Shown here: positions 1 to 8,729 of the stretch, one piece after another
Position numbering within the stretch: position 1 is the stretch's first letter
Layout: each line of letters begins with the position of its first letter
DNA from: an uncultured Acidimicrobiales bacterium
GTDB lineage: Bacteria > Actinomycetota > Acidimicrobiia > Acidimicrobiales > UBA10347
Assembly (NCBI GenBank): GCA_943788915.1
Contig: CALSSD010000001.1
Coordinates: 62,001 to 94,198 of the forward strand
Direction: 5' to 3'
Length of the DNA: 32,198 bases
Translations under genes and position numbers: made by a program
The notes under the pieces: generated by a model
Databases searched by the model: none
What the model saw: only the letters and a program-made list of their open reading frames with translations
What the model was told of the DNA's origin: nothing

Positions 1-579
1 GTCTCGCTGGCCGATGCGCCGATCGAACGCATTACCGAAACTGGGATCCAGACCGCTACTGAGCATCATGACCTCGATGTCATCGTTTACGCCACTGGTT
101 TCGATGCCATCACCGGCGGGTACGACCGCATCGATATTCGCGGCGTTGGTGGCCAAACACTTGCCGATGCATGGAGCGATGGCCCAAGTACCTATCTCGG
201 TGCGTTGACCCACGGTTTCCCCAACATGTTGATGGTGGCTGGTCCGCAGAGCGTGTCGGGATCCACCAACTTCCCCCGTGCAATCGAAACCGGCGTCGAC
301 TGGCTCACCGGCCTGCTGGTGCACGCTCGCGACCACGGAATCAACCGGGTCGAAGCTCGTAGCGAAGCCCAAGAGCAGTGGGTCGAAGAGGTCGTGCGGG
401 CCCACGAGAAGCTGCTGTTTCGCCGAAGCAAGGGCTGGTTCACTGGCTACAACTCGAACGTCGCTGGCCACCAGGAAGGCAAGATCCGTTACCAGGCCTA
501 CTTTGGCGGAGTGCCCAAGTACATGAAGCTCATTAGCCAGGAAGCCGCCGAGGACTACCCAAGCATCGAGCTCGTGTAG
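1..579 (+). CDS. Baeyer-Villiger / flavin-containing monooxygenase, C-terminal part (5' truncated by the window edge)
   Basis: Frame 1 is open from base 1: VSLADAPIERITETGIQT..DLDVIVYATGFDAITG..IDIRGVGG.TLADAWSDGPSTYLG..THGFPNMLMVAGPQS. The ATGF and GFPN motifs and the C-terminal GWFTGYNSN are typical of cyclohexanone-monooxygenase-type BVMOs. Confidence 0.9.
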   Translation, partial: VSLADAPIERITETGIQTATEHHDLDVIVYATGFDAITGGYDRIDIRGVGGQTLADAWSDGPSTYLGALTHGFPNMLMVAGPQSVSGSTNFPRAIETGVDWLTGLLVHARDHGINRVEARSEAQEQWVEEVVRAHEKLLFRRSKGWFTGYNSNVAGHQEGKIRYQAYFGGVPKYMKLISQEAAEDYPSIELV

Positions 580-584
580 ACCCG

Positions 585-1866
585 ATGGACGCCCAACGCG
601 CTGCTCGTTTTCCATTCGTACCGACCGACACGCCCCCGTTGGTCATCGACCGCACCGAGGACGTGTGGTTGATTCGCGACAACGGCAACCGCATTCTCGA
701 CGCGGGCGGCGGAGCGATCGTGACCAACATCGGCCACGGCCGGGCCGATGTAGTGCGTGCCGCGACCGAAGCGCTCGGTCAGGTCGACTACGTCGTGCCG
801 CTGTGGGCGACCGAGAACCGGGTCGCACTGATCGAGGAACTCACCGAACACTGGTTGCCCGACGGTTTCACACAAGCCTCGTTCTTCTGCGGTGGAAGTG
901 AATCAGTCGACGCAGCAGTCCGACTGGCCCGCACCCACCATGTGTCAAACGGCGACCATGGCCGGTGGAAGGTCATCGGCCGAGATGTCTCCTATCACGG
1001 GTCCACGCTGTCGGGGCTGAGTGTCGGCAACCATGACCGGCGCCGGTCTGGCCTTGAGCCGATGCTGAACGATCATCCCAAGAGCGATTGGCTCGATGCC
1101 GAGTCGTTGGCCAAGGTCATCGAACGCGAGGATCCTGACACGGTGTCGGCGTTCATTGCCGAGCCGATCAATGGGGCGTCGGGAGCCGCCATGGTCCCGC
1201 CCGCCGGCTACTGGCCAGCGGTCGAAGAAGCGTGCCGGAGCCAATGGCGTCCTCATCATCGTCGACGAGGTCATGACCGGGCTTGGCCGCACCGGCCTGA
1301 AGTGGGGTCATGAACACTTCGGCATCACGCCCGACATCATCGTGGGCGGCAAGGGCCTGTCGGGCGGTTACGCGCCGATGGGCGGCATGTACACAACCCG
1401 AGCCATCGTGGACCCGATCGCTGCCGCGGGCAACAGCCTGATGTACTTCACCTTCAGCGGCGCTGACATTGGTTGTGCCGTGAGCGTGAAGGTGCTGCAG
1501 ATCATGCGAGAAGAAGGCCTGGTCGATCGGGCAGCACAGATGGGTCAGCGACTACGCACCCGTATGGAAGAGGAACTCGCCGATCACCCCAACGTGGCGG
1601 ACATCCGCGGACTCGGCCTGATGCAGGGCATCGAGCTGGTGAAGGACCGCAACTCGGGTGAGAGTTTCACTCGGAGCGACGAGTTCGCCCAACAGGTCGC
1701 AATGGAAGCGATCGAACGCGGCGTGTGGATCTACCCGTGCGGATCGGGCCCAGTGGTCGACGGCCTGTTGTTTGGCCCGCCATACACAATCACCGACGAT
1801 CACATCGAACAAATCGTCGGTGTGACCGGGGAAGCCATCACCGCCGCCGCATCTCGCCTCTCCTGA
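585..1866 (+). CDS. PLP-dependent class III aminotransferase, split by a single +1 frameshift near 1237 (sequencing error or recent pseudogene)
   Basis: ORF 585..1313 carries GGSESVDAA, SYHGST and AFIAEPING. The frame of ORF 1096..1866 continues ANGVLIIVDEVMTGLGRTG..PDIIVGGKGLSGGY (PLP lysine)..IRGLGLM. The junction TGCCGGAGCCAAT has one extra base. Confidence 0.9.
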
Positions 1867-1898
1867 AAAGTTACGTCCCCTGGGGGACATAACTTTTC
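1865..1898. repeat. 34-bp REP-like palindrome, copy 1
   Basis: GAAAAGTTACGTCCCC-TG-GGGGACATAACTTTTC has 16-bp arms with one mismatch. It is 31/34 identical to 15868..15901 and lies between convergent genes. Confidence 0.85.
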
Positions 1899-1903
1899 GT
1901 GCA

Positions 1904-3380
1904 TCAGCGGGCCCATTCTTGTTCGCCGTAGGTGGCGATGAGGTCGAGGACGTCGTCGACGTCGCTGGTTGTGACACGTGGGTTCATGTAGAGCAGCCGG
2001 AAGGCGTTGATGCCGTGCACCGGCTGGAAACCGATCATGGCGGTGCCGTCGTGTTGCATGCGCGCCTTGATGCGTGACGCAACGGCGTGAAGACGGCCGT
2101 GCTGGTCTTCGGACAAGGATGCAAGATCGAAGGGCCGAAGCTCGGGCGGCACCCACACGAAACACACGTTGGTGAACGACCCCGGAACGAGGACGGCGAA
2201 GTCTTCACGCTCGACAACGACCGAGCGAGTGTGATCGGCCAACCCGACTGCGTGATCGACGCGATCGGCGAAGCCTTCGTCGCCGAACGTCTTCCATGTG
2301 AGCCATGCCTTGAGCACGTCGACTCGACGACCGCAGTGAAAGGTGCGATCGCCTGCGTCGTATTCACCGAACTGCTTGTCGGCCTGGAAGATGTAGTTGG
2401 CCTTGGTCGAAAACACCGGCGCCAGTTGGGTGGGATCCTTGACCAGCAACACGGTGCACTGCTGGGTGATACCCATCATCTTGTGCAGGTTCCACACCAG
2501 CGAGTCCGAGCGTTCGATCCCGTGCATCAAGCCAGCCTGACGAGGCGAGAACAACGCCGAACCACCCCAGCATCCGTCGACATGCAGCCAAAGCTCTTCC
2601 GCCTCGCAGATGTCAGCGATCGGGTCCAACGGGTCGAACGCCGAGGTCACCGTGGTGCCCGCAGTGGCCACAACGGCAAACGGTCGAGCCCCGTCGGCCC
2701 GAGCGTCAGCCACTGCTTTAGCGAGCCCGGCCGGGATCATGGCGCCGGTTGCATCGGTATCGACTTCGATCACGGACTGCAAGCCAAGGCCCATCAGCGC
2801 GGCTGACTTGAGCGTGGCGTAGTGAGCGGCCTGGGACACGAACACGACCAGCCGTTCGCCAGTCGCTCCGGTCTGCAGAATGTCGGGACAGGCTCGGTGC
2901 CGTGCCAGTTGCAACGCATGCAGCGTGGCCGATGAGCCGCCAGGACAAAGAATGCCTGGCGGGAGCGCTCCAGGTGCAGGGTCGACGGGGTAGCCCGCCA
3001 AGCCAGCCATCTTGTTGATGACCGAACGCTCCATCATGGTGAAGACCGGGGCAACCTCGAAGGTGGCGTTGGTGGTGTTCAGCGCCGCGGCCAACCAGTC
3101 GCCAACAACGGCGATCGGCTCCGGCCCAGCAAAGTTCTGGTTGAAGAAACGGGGGTGGGTCGTGTGCATGGAACGATCGATGATCGTCTGCACCGCGTCA
3201 GACCAACTGGTCAGGAGACACCGGTTGCTGGTCGACATCGATCCCCAGACCAACAGTGGTTGCGAACTCCGCAATCAGTTCGTTCGGGCTCGCATAGTCA
3301 ATGACCCGATCGCTGGCAACGGGCGGATCGAAGACGTAGTCCAGCGCCTGGTCTGCAATGCGCTTGGCCGCATCGGTCAC
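1904..3380 (-). CDS. Group II PLP-dependent decarboxylase, GAD/CSAD-like; single +1 frameshift near 3200
   Basis: The N-terminus in ORF 3198..3380 (MTDAAKRIADQ..DQLV) joins DAVQTIIDRSMHTTHPRFFNQ if one T is removed (GTC-T-GAC). Motifs are TFEVAPVF, PGGS, ATAGTTVTSAFDPL, WLHVDGCWGG and WNLHKMMG (PLP Lys). The GTG start overlaps the sulfatase stop (GTGA). Confidence 0.9.
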
Positions 3381-5008
3381 GACAGCCCCAGCCGTTCAAG
3401 TTGCTCGGCCGGCGCTTCGACTTCGACAAGTGCGGTGCGCAACAGGTCAGCCATTTCGGCTTCGGTTGTTTCGCCCCGACGGTTCTCCCCTTCGTCTGGA
3501 TCCACGCCCAGGTCATAGAGATGATGCTGGCCCACAGCCCGGGCGCCTCCGGCCCAATACGGCAGCTGGTCACCTTCGGCAAACGGTTGCCGGATCACAG
3601 GAACGTCGGAACCCGGCATGAAGTCCAGACCCGCTCGCCGGTCCGGCTTGGGCCACGGCATGAAGCTGGCCAGGTCATCCTGTGCTGGCATGGTCGACCA
3701 CCGGTTCGACCACATCGACAACGGCAGGTTGTCGCCGACCGGTGCTCTGGCATATTTGTGCCGCCCGTCGGTCACCTGCACCCAGTTCCCGAACACGCCA
3801 CCGATTGCCCAGTCACGAATACTCGAGGCCTGGTCGGTCAGCAGTGGAACCAGCGATTCGCCATGGGTGCGATGTTCGAGCTCCACGCCGAAGGCATCGG
3901 CGATGGTGGCATTCAGATCCACATTCGTGGTCAGTGCATCGATCTGGCCCCCACCGGGTCGACCCGGCCAGTGGATCATCAACGGCGTGTGTCCCAGTGG
4001 CTCGAACTGCGGAATCATGGGTTTACCCCAGATATCGGCATTGACTTCCTCGCCTGGCGCTCCGACAACCCGCTCTTCGCCCAGGTAGTGGCCATGGTCG
4101 GTGCACACGATGACCGCGGTGGTGTCCCACAGATCGTTGGCGTCGAGTTCGTCGAGCAGCTTGCCGAAGTGATGATCGATCATCGACATCTTGGCGCCGT
4201 AGTTGTTGCGGATGTTCCGACCTTGCTTGGCTTCGAGCGCGCCGGTAGTCACGCCACCAATGGCATAGGGCGGCCACACCAATCGCTCGCCGTCCCACGA
4301 TTCCTCGTCGTACTTCGACGCCCATGGTTCCGGCGTGTCGAACGGCTCGTGGGGGTCGAACTCGTCGATGAATAGGAACCAACGGTCATGCGCCTCGGAC
4401 GCATGCCGCACCCAGTCCGACGCTGCCTTCATGGTCTTTGGGCCAGGGAAGTCGTCTTCGGTGCGGAACCAGCTCCGAGCATCGTCGTAGTGCCGACGAC
4501 CAAACCGATCGTTATCGATGTTAAATCGTGAGCGCAGGAACCAACCACCGTCGACGGCCGACGGCAGGGTCGGTGCGCCGATTGCGGTGGGATCTTCGAA
4601 GGTGCGCCAGGCGTCGCCTTCGTGTCCGCGCAGGTATTCCCAGCCAGCGAAATCGGTGTGGTAGTTCTCGCCACCGGTTTCGAACAGATGCGGATGGTCC
4701 GACGCCAGCATGGTCGTGACACCCGACCGACGAAGCGCCGCGGTAATCGATTCTTCCCACAACTCGATCGACCCCCATGGCTTCCACAAGAAGTCGAGCG
4801 CACCACACAAGATGTCGTGCCGAGCAGGCATACAAGGCAACGATCCAGTCACGTGTGATGTAAACCGAGTCGAGCGAGCCGCAAAACGATCCAGGTTCGG
4901 GGTCTCGAACTCGGTGCCGCCGTACGCCCCAAGCATGTGCCGATTGAGCGAGTCGAGCAAGACCACAACGACGTTTGCTGGACCATCATCTACCGAGTTT
5001 TCAGGCAC
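3377..5008 (-). CDS. Sulfatase (formylglycine-dependent, Cys-type)
   Basis: The 543-aa ORF has N-terminal VVVLLDSL, ETPNLDRFA, the signature CMPAR (C-x-P-x-R), FDPHEPF, TDHG and a C-terminal LYDL..DPDE. Confidence 0.92.
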   Translation of the reverse strand: MPENSVDDGPANVVVVLLDSLNRHMLGAYGGTEFETPNLDRFAARSTRFTSHVTGSLPCMPARHDILCGALDFLWKPWGSIELWEESITAALRRSGVTTMLASDHPHLFETGGENYHTDFAGWEYLRGHEGDAWRTFEDPTAIGAPTLPSAVDGGWFLRSRFNIDNDRFGRRHYDDARSWFRTEDDFPGPKTMKAASDWVRHASEAHDRWFLFIDEFDPHEPFDTPEPWASKYDEESWDGERLVWPPYAIGGVTTGALEAKQGRNIRNNYGAKMSMIDHHFGKLLDELDANDLWDTTAVIVCTDHGHYLGEERVVGAPGEEVNADIWGKPMIPQFEPLGHTPLMIHWPGRPGGGQIDALTTNVDLNATIADAFGVELEHRTHGESLVPLLTDQASSIRDWAIGGVFGNWVQVTDGRHKYARAPVGDNLPLSMWSNRWSTMPAQDDLASFMPWPKPDRRAGLDFMPGSDVPVIRQPFAEGDQLPYWAGGARAVGQHHLYDLGVDPDEGENRRGETTEAEMADLLRTALVEVEAPAEQLERLGLS

Positions 5009-5157
5009 TAGTGCATCGTAGGTTCAAAGCGCATACCGGCACCGGTCAAGAGGGCGCTTCAAGTCAGCGCAGTCTGGGTGGATGTTTGACCGGCCGTTCG
5101 TTGACCCGACAGAGCAAGCACATTGTTCTTGGCGCACAGCAACCCCCGGCGGGCCTG

Positions 5158-5403
5158 TTGTTTCAGGCCGTGGCGGCGGCGGTGTGGCCGGGCCCGGCGT
5201 TGCGGGTTCGTGTCGGTGTTCATCTGGCGAGGTCGAAGAACGCCACGGTGACTATTTCGGGCCGGTGGTCAACAGGACAGCGCGGGTTGAGGCGGCTGGT
5301 TATGGCCGCTGGTCATGACGGTCAGCTGCTGATTACCGAGGCGGTTCCCTCAGCGGCCCGGCTGGATTCGACGGCTGATCTTGGTGTGCATCAACCGCGC
5401 GAT
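5158..5403 (+). pseudogene. Remnant of a class III adenylate/guanylate cyclase domain
   Basis: Read across frameshifts it gives WPGPALRVRVGVHL / GEVEERHGDYFGPVVNRTARVEAAG / HDGQLLITEAV..DLGVHQPRD. This matches the cyclase motifs RxGxHxG, DYFG..VN.xAR and GQ.L. There is no start codon and no N-terminal half. Confidence 0.8.
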
Positions 5404-5460
5404 CGACCCCTCCGCCCCCCCCAGAACCTACAAACACCTAGCGGCACGACGAAACGGTTG

Positions 5461-6296
5461 TCAGCTGACAGATAAGGATGCAGGGTTGAACAGCCATCGC
5501 AGTGACTCGGCGAACATGGATCCGGCGTGACGGAGAGTGTGGCCACCGGTGCCGAACTCGAATCGCATGTCGTAACCGGCGAACTCCAATGCGGCAGCGA
5601 CTTGATGGTTTGCTAGTGGCCAACTTCCGTAGATGATGTCGGCGTCGCTCTCGCCGCTTTGCATGAACACCCGAATCGGGTGGCGTTCAGTTGAGCGGAT
5701 GAGGTAGGGCCATGCGTGCCCGCCGCGTAAGTTGACGAACGAACCACAGTGGCTCAGCACCAACCCGAACTGGTCCGGGCAGTGCCATGCCGCTGTCCAT
5801 GCACAGATTCCACCGCTTGAGTGACCAACGACTCCCCTGCGGGCTGGGTCGTCGGTGATTGAGCTGCCCAGGTGGTCCTGTACGAACGGGATGACCTCGT
5901 CGACGAGCAACGATGCGTAACGATCGGTCATCGAGTCATATTCGATACTGCGCTGTAGCGCAGCTCTTGGATCTCGGTTCATCTCCCACGGCGACGAACT
6001 AGGCGGCAGGTCGATACCGCGTCCTGGCGTGACGAATACGCCGACCACCGGTCCGACCGTTCCATCGGCATTCACGGCATCGAGCACGCGCTGAGCGCGC
6101 ACCGGCCCTTCGGCGTTCAGATAACTGTGGCCGTCGTTGAACACCAACAGCGCAGGCGACACTTCGTCAGTTAACTCATTGGGGCAGACGATCCATACAT
6201 CTCGCACACAAGAAACGGATGAGGTCTACCTCGAATGGGCGTGAACACCTGGACATATTCGGGATTGCAGTTAAACACCGTGTTCGGGAAGACCAC
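5461..6296 (-). pseudogene. Enterochelin-esterase-like alpha/beta hydrolase with a disrupted 5' end (the 5461..6207 core is intact and might still be translated)
   Basis: It has the nucleophile motif GHSSGG, plus FNDG, RSIEYD, VLSHCGSF and GTGGH. The upstream family motif VFPNTV (6276..6293) is separated from RDVWIV by a 71-bp insert and preceded by an in-frame TAG. Confidence 0.7.
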
Positions 6297-6327
6297 CTAG
6301 TGGCAGATCGTGAAGCGGTGATGATCC

Positions 6328-6373
6328 CAGTCCTCGCTCAGCTCACCACACAGTCCTCGCTCAGCTCACCACA
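6328..6373. repeat. Perfect 23-bp tandem duplication
   Basis: CAGTCCTCGCTCAGCTCACCACA occurs at 6328..6350 and 6351..6373. Confidence 0.95.
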
Positions 6374-6791
6374 CACCTCAGCCAGCGGCACGAAATACCT
6401 GTAATTGTCGCTCGACGACCTCGTGCTGCGTCATATCCACGCCGAGCGCTTCCTGTCCTAGTGGAGCCTTGCCCTCCGCCACCAGCGACACTGTTCGCCC
6501 GCAGCGACAGATCCCCTGGCGGCCCCTCAGACCCACCCGATAATCGCTGCCACTACGGCCATCGTCGGGTTCACGTACCCGACATATCATGCGAAGTAGG
6601 ACGACATCGACCGGGACAATGTGGTGCCGTGCCCTCCAGCGAACGAACAGGCAGCCGGGTAGTCCTACGTCAACAAACCAGCTCGAAGTGTGGCGCCGGT
6701 CTTGGGAATCACGACATCGGCTCGACCGTGGCCGCGTCGCCAACGCTCACTGTTCCGGCTCCATGCCATAACGCCACACTACGCTTGCCAG

Positions 6792-7688
6792 GTGTCCTCG
6801 GCTGGCAAGACGCGCACCATTGCGCTGGACCATCCCCTCGATCTGCGAGCGACGCTCAGTGATCGGGTTACCGGCGATCCAGGCGGCGGGATTCAGCAAG
6901 GCTGGCGAGCGGCCCGCACCCCTGAGGGTTTGGCCTCGATGCGCATCCGACTCGACAACGAAGGCGTCGAGCTCGAAGCGTGGGGACCAGGTGCCGACTG
7001 GTCGCTCGACACCGCACCAGCACTGCTCGGGCTCGATGACGACCCGTCCACCTTCACAGCCCACCATGACATCGTCGCCAAACTGCATCGACGTTTCCAT
7101 GGCCTACGCATCGGCAGAACCGGCTTGATCTGGGACTATCTACCGCTGGTAATCCTGGAACAAAAGGTAACGGGAGCTGAAGCAACACGAAGCTGGCGCA
7201 GCCTGGTGCGCACCTTTGGCCAGGACGCTCCCGGTCCGGAACCATTAAGGATTGGGCCTCCACCTGAAGTACTCGCAGCACTGCCATATCACGACTTTCA
7301 TAGTCATGGCGTCGAACGTAAACGATCCGAGATCATCATCAATGCTGCTCGACGGGTAAACCGAATCGAAGAGGCCACAGAGATGCCGGCAGCGCAGGCC
7401 TACAAACGGCTCATGGCGTTTCGTGGCATCGGCATCTGGACAGCATCGCTGGTCTTGGGCCGAGCGATCGGCGATCCGGATGCGATTCCGATCGGCGACT
7501 ACCACGTGAAGAACACCGTGTGTTGGGCTCTGGCCGGCGAACCACGAGGGACCGACGATCGGATGATCGAACTACTGGAGCCCTATCGGGGTCATCGCCA
7601 GCGAGTGGTCCGGCTGCTCCACCTAGGCGGTATTGGCGCACCGAAGTACGGACCTCGAACGGTTCCACGAGACATTCGCCGCCACTGA
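6792..7688 (+). CDS. DNA-3-methyladenine glycosylase II (AlkA / HhH-GPD family), actinobacterial type
   Basis: Motifs are RTPEG, AWGPGA, ILEQKVTG, the HhH motif FRGIGIWTA, GDPDAIPIGDYH and MIELLEPYRGHR. The GTG start at 6792 lies 6 nt after a TACGCT -10 box. Confidence 0.88.
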   Translation: MSSAGKTRTIALDHPLDLRATLSDRVTGDPGGGIQQGWRAARTPEGLASMRIRLDNEGVELEAWGPGADWSLDTAPALLGLDDDPSTFTAHHDIVAKLHRRFHGLRIGRTGLIWDYLPLVILEQKVTGAEATRSWRSLVRTFGQDAPGPEPLRIGPPPEVLAALPYHDFHSHGVERKRSEIIINAARRVNRIEEATEMPAAQAYKRLMAFRGIGIWTASLVLGRAIGDPDAIPIGDYHVKNTVCWALAGEPRGTDDRMIELLEPYRGHRQRVVRLLHLGGIGAPKYGPRTVPRDIRRH

Positions 7689-7698
7689 CTCTCGACCC

Positions 7699-7741
7699 AA
7701 AACGACCGATGCCGACCCCCGCCAGGGTCGGCACCGGTCGT
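7699..7741 (-). terminator. Intrinsic terminator hairpin between convergent genes
   Basis: ACGACCGATGCCGACCC (7702..7718) pairs with GGGTCGGCACCGGTCGT (7725..7741), with one G-U pair on the minus strand, and is followed by a T-run on the minus strand. Confidence 0.7.
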
Positions 7742-7748
7742 CTGGGAG

Positions 7749-8538
7749 TTATTGCGGGAGCGTCACGCTGATTGTTGTGTAGCCGGAGTTATCGCCGATT
7801 ACCTGGGCAATCGAGCCATCGGGACCAGTGAGCTGGGCGAACACTGTCCCGTCTTGGTCACTTGCGATGTTCTGCGTCCACCCGCTACTGAGCAGCGTAG
7901 CGATTGAGGTTGCCGCGTATGGTTCGTTGGGGTCGTGGTTGAACACGCCGCTCGTGACCACCGTGTCGCCGAGATCGAGTATCGAGAAGCTCTGGCTGCC
8001 GGGTACCAGGGTGGCAGGCACACCCAGTGCCTGTGGCCAGGTCGGCGGGGCGTCCTGCGAAGTGAAGATCCCGAGCTCACCTTCATCGGTCTGGATGGTG
8101 ACACCGCCGTCGTCGTCGAAGTTGATAGCCCCGTCGCCCTGGTCGGTATCGAAGTTGATGCTGCCGTTCTCCTCGTCGAAACTGACGACACCATCACCTT
8201 CATCGGTGTTGAACACGATGCCGTTCTCGCCGAAACTGATGACACCATCGCCATCGTCGGTGTTGAACACGATGCCACCGTTTTCTTCGTCGAAGTTCAG
8301 AGCAAAGTCGCCCTCCTCGGTTGAGACGCTGAAACCGCCACTGCCATCACCGCTGAAGTCCAGGTCGATGTCTTGATCGCCTTCGACTGCGCGCTCCAGC
8401 CCTTAACTTGCTGCCCGTTCGGTCAACGACCCCTTAACTTGCTGCCCGTTCGGTCAACGACTCAGAGCTGCACGCTCCGAGCAAGGCAATGCCGAGCGAG
8501 GCGGCGGCGAGTGAGCTGAGAATACGAGAGCGTGACAT
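7749..8538 (-). pseudogene. Acidic lipoprotein with internal beta-strand repeats, interrupted by an in-frame TAA and a 31-bp tandem duplication
   Basis: An RBS GGAGG precedes ATG 8538. The signal peptide and lipobox read MSRSRILSSLAAASLGIALLGAC. Removing one 31-bp copy puts the N-terminus in frame with GLERAVEGDQDIDLDF..FNTDDGDG (ORF 7749..8270), but a TAA remains at 8403..8405. Confidence 0.8.
8400..8461. repeat. Perfect 31-bp tandem duplication
   Basis: CCCTTAACTTGCTGCCCGTTCGGTCAACGAC occurs at 8400..8430 and 8431..8461. Confidence 0.95.
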
Positions 8539-8729
8539 GGAGTCCTCCGGTGGGTAGTGGCTTAGCCTGACGACGATTCCATCGGCAAACTGTGGCAACA
8601 AACACGCTTCGGTCATGACTCGCGTCACATGATCTCGCAACCGTTGGTGACCAGTGAGGCTCACGAGCACTAGCCTCTGTCGCTTAGTCACGCGGGCCTA
8701 GACAAGCTAGGCAGATCATGAGGAGAGAC

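Noticed and set aside
1230..1245. Programmed ribosomal frameshift in the aminotransferase
   Set aside because: There is no slippery heptamer or stimulatory structure, and I know of no precedent in this family.
6378..6574. Possible decayed small membrane-protein gene on the minus strand (VNPTMAVVAAIIGWV*..VAEGKAPLGQEALG)
   Set aside because: It needs a stop read-through and a frameshift, and I recognise no family, so it cannot be supported.
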